NCBI GenBank assembly: GCA_963753975.1
Contig: CAVWEH010000005.1
Location: 128,001-192,000 of the forward strand
Length of the DNA: 64,000 nt
Direction: 5' to 3'
From: an uncultured delta proteobacterium
GTDB taxonomy: Bacteria; Desulfobacterota; Syntrophia; Syntrophales; Smithellaceae
Positions 61,651 to 64,000 of this stretch are shown one piece after another. The position numbers and the translations under genes were made by a program. Each line of letters opens with the position of its first letter. Position 1 is the first letter of the stretch. The notes beneath the pieces are model-generated. The model was given only the letters and a program-made list of their open reading frames with translations, was not told where the DNA came from and made no database searches.

Positions 61651-62420
61651 ACAATATTACTGTGGGTATTATAGGCGGCACGCGGGGCATGGGGCATTGG
61701 TTTGCGGATCTCCTTGCCCAGGAAGGATGCACAGTCCATGTGAGCGGAAGAAAAACTGCGCTTGATGCGAGAGAGATCGCCAAAATGTGCGATGTTGTTG
61801 TGGTTGCAGTGCCGATTTCCGCCACTGCCGAAGTCATTAAACTTGTCGGTCCGCTTCTTACTAAAAATAAATTACTCATGGATCTAACTTCGCTGAAAAA
61901 AGAACCTGTGGAATTGATGCTCGCCAGCTCACCGGCGGAAGTAGTCGGCTGCCACCCGCTTTTCGGACCTGCACTCGAAGAAATCTCCGGGCAAAATGTT
62001 ATTCTCTGTCCGGCCCGTGGCGCTAAGTGGCTTTCCTGGCTCAAAGGCATCTTTAAAAAAAATAGATTGGTTATTTTGGAATCGACCCCCGAAAAGCACG
62101 ATCAAATGATGGCGATTATCCAGGCGCTTAATCATCTCCATACGATATCTTTAGGAATGGCTCTGGACGCGACAGGAATTCCCTTAACGGAAATGAATAA
62201 ATTTTCCACGCCTATTTTTCAAGCAAAGCTGGACATTATAAAAAAAGTTTTCATGGAAAGTCCCGGGCTATATGCCGATATGATCATGAGAAATCCCGAC
62301 ACGGGCAGGATGCTGGATATTTACAAAAAAGCGCTTGCGGATATTAGCCAAATAATTAAATCCGGCAGTGAAACAGAATTTAAAGAAGTTCTCGCTGAAA
62401 CGGCAAAAAAACTATTTTAA
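61647..62420 (+). CDS. tyrA: Prephenate dehydrogenase
   Basis: IIGGTRGMG, DLTSLK, HPLFGP and HDQMMA motifs. Confidence 0.92.
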   Translation: MNNITVGIIGGTRGMGHWFADLLAQEGCTVHVSGRKTALDAREIAKMCDVVVVAVPISATAEVIKLVGPLLTKNKLLMDLTSLKKEPVELMLASSPAEVVGCHPLFGPALEEISGQNVILCPARGAKWLSWLKGIFKKNRLVILESTPEKHDQMMAIIQALNHLHTISLGMALDATGIPLTEMNKFSTPIFQAKLDIIKKVFMESPGLYADMIMRNPDTGRMLDIYKKALADISQIIKSGSETEFKEVLAETAKKLF

Positions 62421-62669
62421 TGCAAGATGCAGTTGCATTATCATAAGATTTCTCTCGGCTCCTTCTGCCTTTTTTGTTCCCCGAATGATTTGCTGGACAT
62501 GAATAGGTTTTAGCCAAATTGCTTTTGCTTTTCATTAATTACAGCAACGTTACGGGTTTTGCTGTGCTCTCTTCTTTTTTCCTTTTGACTTTAAGCAAAC
62601 TTGATGTATTTTTAAATCAATATAAAAAGACGAACTTACCTTAATAGCAAAAAGGGGCAGGGCTAAGCT

Positions 62670-63449
62670 ATGGAAGCAAATATTAATAAAGTGACTCAAA
62701 TGCTGGCGGCGTCAAGCAGAGTAGTAGTTTTCACCGGAGCGGGAATCAGCACGGAATCGGGCATACCGGATTTCCGCGGTCCGGGAGGCCTCTGGACTAA
62801 AGTTGATCCCAACGATTTCACTATCGATAAATTTTTAAGCTCCGGCGAAACGCGCAAAAAAATGTGGCAGCGCATGAGAGAAGGCGGCTTGATGGCTGAT
62901 GCCCAGCCCAATCTTGCCCATTACGCAATAGTCGAGCTGGAAAAAATGGGTAAGTTAAGATCGGTCATCACGCAAAACGTGGACCATTTGCATCAAAAAG
63001 CCGGCAATAGGGAGGAGATTGTTTACGAACTACACGGCAATATGCAGTGGCTGGTTTGCCTTGAGTGCCGTAAACGTTATCCCATCGAAATCGTCAAACA
63101 GAATTTCCCCTCACCCGACGATGTTCCAACATGCGCTGCCTGCGGCGGTATTTTAAAACCCGATGTCGTTTTATTCGGAGAAGCGCTTCCACAGCATACT
63201 CTCATGCGGGCTAGTCAGGAAGCTCAGGCCTGTGACCTGTTGATTGTCATCGGCTCTTCATTGGTTGTCTATCCCGCCGCTTATATGCCGCTTTACGCCA
63301 AAAGGTCAGGCGCCGGTATCGTTATTATCAATAATGAACCGACGGAGCAGGATGATATGGCCGATGTGCTCATTAATGCTCCGGCCGGAGAAACAATGAC
63401 AAAGATAATTATCAAATTGAAAAAAATTATGAAAGATATGCTTTCTTAA
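62670..63449 (+). CDS. cobB: NAD-dependent deacylase (sirtuin)
   Basis: TGAGISTESGIPDFR, TQNVD.LH, HG, two CxxC and GSSLVVYP. Confidence 0.93.
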   Translation: MEANINKVTQMLAASSRVVVFTGAGISTESGIPDFRGPGGLWTKVDPNDFTIDKFLSSGETRKKMWQRMREGGLMADAQPNLAHYAIVELEKMGKLRSVITQNVDHLHQKAGNREEIVYELHGNMQWLVCLECRKRYPIEIVKQNFPSPDDVPTCAACGGILKPDVVLFGEALPQHTLMRASQEAQACDLLIVIGSSLVVYPAAYMPLYAKRSGAGIVIINNEPTEQDDMADVLINAPAGETMTKIIIKLKKIMKDMLS

Positions 63450-63477
63450 AATATCCGGGCTTATTAGAGGGAATTTG

Positions 63478-64000
63478 ATGTGTTTGATAGTTTTCGCTTA
63501 CAATGCTCATCCTTCATATCATTTGATTCTGGCAGCTAATCGCGATGAATTCTACGAACGGGCGTCATCTCCCGCCGATTTTTGGGAAGACGCACCGCAG
63601 ATTCTGGCCGGCAAGGATTTAAAAGAAGGAGGCACGTGGCTTGGCATTACCAGGCAAGGAAGATTCGCCGCTATCACCAATTTCCGCGACCCGGCTGCCT
63701 TCAAAACTAATGCTCAGTCGCGCGGGAAGCTTGTGCGTGATTTTCTTTGCGGCAATCAAAGCGCAGATAAATACCTGGAAAAAATTTCTGAAGAGCCCGA
63801 TAAATATAATGGTTATAATTTAATTTTACGGGACAATGACGGCCTCTATGTCTCCTCCAACCGCGGGGGAAAACAAAAACTCAGCGCTGGAATTTACGGA
63901 TTGAGCAATCACCTGCTGGATACTCCATGGCCAAAAGTGGTAAAGGCTAAAAAAGCGTTTCAAGCAGCTTTAGATAAAAAAGGCGCAGCCTTGCAGGAAT
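63478..64000 (+). CDS. NRDE (TANGO2) family protein, truncated by the window end
   Basis: ATG 63478 gives MCLIVFAY...AANRDEFYER...GGTWLG...SRG.LV. Confidence 0.9.
   Translation, partial: MCLIVFAYNAHPSYHLILAANRDEFYERASSPADFWEDAPQILAGKDLKEGGTWLGITRQGRFAAITNFRDPAAFKTNAQSRGKLVRDFLCGNQSADKYLEKISEEPDKYNGYNLILRDNDGLYVSSNRGGKQKLSAGIYGLSNHLLDTPWPKVVKAKKAFQAALDKKGAALQE

Overview
Bacterial chromosomal window from an anaerobe. The gene content suggests Deltaproteobacteria/Syntrophales (Smithella-like), but that is an inference. Main blocks: (1) acyl-CoA metabolism, with an ADP-forming acyl-CoA synthetase, split methylmalonyl-CoA mutase, epimerase, menA/menG, a fatty-acid-CoA ligase and a 2-hydroxyacyl-CoA dehydratase-family pair with activase; (2) pyk-gap-pgk-tpiA; (3) an AT-rich accessory island with a Panacea/SocA-like antitoxin and a PemK/MazF-like partner; (4) ABC transporter, sppA, an atypical second GAPDH and a 1412-aa dikinase lacking the pyruvate domain; (5) a mercury-methylation operon: Cys-rich MarR, hgcA, hgcB and an MddA/ICMT-like methyltransferase, with a perfect palindromic operator; (6) a plastic 39-52 kb region with a duplicated scaffold, gene fragments and a nested, covarying hairpin repeat family; (7) a complete aromatic amino acid operon (aroF-aroB-pheA-aroDE-aroA-aroK-aroC-tyrA) preceded by an unannotated Tyr/Trp/Phe-rich leader peptide and alternative hairpins; (8) a sirtuin and an NRDE gene. 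Small frameshifts in several conserved genes (ligase, dehydratase, gap, hgcB) look like consensus errors. I saw no rRNA, tRNA, CRISPR array or transposase. All calls come from reading motifs by eye; no database searches were run.
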